A DNA stretch of 64,000 bases, taken from the NCBI RefSeq assembly GCF_963921235.1, contig NC_086097.1, positions 86,058,001 to 86,122,000 on the forward strand, in the 5' to 3' direction. The position numbers were made by a program, and so were the translations under genes. The notes beneath the pieces were generated by a model that was not told the DNA's origin, made no database searches, and worked only from the letters and a program-made list of their open reading frames with translations. Positions within the stretch are counted from its first letter, which is position 1, and each line of letters begins with the position of its first letter. The DNA is from Mobula hypostoma (lineage: Eukaryota). This document shows positions 63,431-64,000 of the stretch, piece after piece.

Positions 63431-64000
63431 CTGATTTAGGGATCATCTGAAGGGATGAAGCCCAGGGTCTATTCGACTGGCGTGCAATTCTGAATCTTTC
63501 CATGTTGACAAGCTCAGCTTTTGCGGTCCGGTCAGCACGAACATGCATGGACTGGCGGGCCAGTTGTCGGAATGTGGTGCTCAACCCCATGTTTTGCGAC
63601 TATAGTGGAGAATATGGGCCTGGTGAGGTCTGAGAATCCCTTGACATCCACAAGCCTGCAGTTCGTAAGATTGACTAACAGCATCTGCACTGAGCAGAGG
63701 TCTAACCACCTTAGCTAGGACGAAGTCCCATGTGTAACGTCATCCAATGAAGCAGAGTTTCACCTGCTGTGACCCGCAAGTCTGGACCTTGCTGCCGTTG
63801 GTGGCCTCCAGCGAGGTTTTGTCACTCTTTGCCTTCTCATCAATAGGCAATGCCGGCTGCACACTCACTTGAGCATCCGTGTCACACTGGAAACGTCGCC
63901 CTGAAAGGGTGTCTGTAATGAACAGCAGACAACCCTGGCAGCTGGAACCCACAGTGTTCACAGACCTCTGGTGTCCCAATACACTGGCACTGTTGAAGCT

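Larger units (their letters stand above)
58069..64000 (-). mobile_element. Decayed Gypsy LTR retrotransposon (CsRn1-like), runs off the window
   Basis: Protease LFITDTLSGRRFQCDTDAQVS; RT PWASSL, KTAVITPYGLFEFLRMPFGLK; RNase H TTDASDYAVG; integrase HPGWKASRKMV...WHGLRKDV, LLGLRTAPKEDL, PPYDGPF. Probable 3' LTR TGTAGG...CCTACA at 58069-58282. Confidence 0.85.

Overview
Eukaryotic, repeat-dominated intergenic or intronic DNA. The CR1-rich content, HE1/V-SINE-like SINEs and Rex1/Penelope debris point to a cartilaginous fish, probably a ray (inference). No host protein-coding gene could be recognised. The window holds nested retroelements: several CR1 LINEs (one near full length with an open esterase ORF1), a full-length decayed L1 with a 9-bp TSD, Rex1/Babar and RTE fragments, Penelope-derived short repeats carrying minimal hammerhead-ribozyme motifs, two decayed Gypsy elements (Mag-like and CsRn1-like), a solo LTR and a composite Tc1-type MITE. 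The most striking locus is a young non-autonomous Gmr1-like LTR element at 50854-55808 (- strand). It has an open 634-aa SCAN-like Gag-zinc knuckle-protease ORF, a perfect tRNA-Pro PBS and a gutted INT-RT-RH region. It also has one clipped LTR end and a perfect 341-bp flanking duplication in place of a 4-6 bp TSD. Family assignments come from motif recognition by eye, not from database searches. Boundaries of old fragments are approximate.
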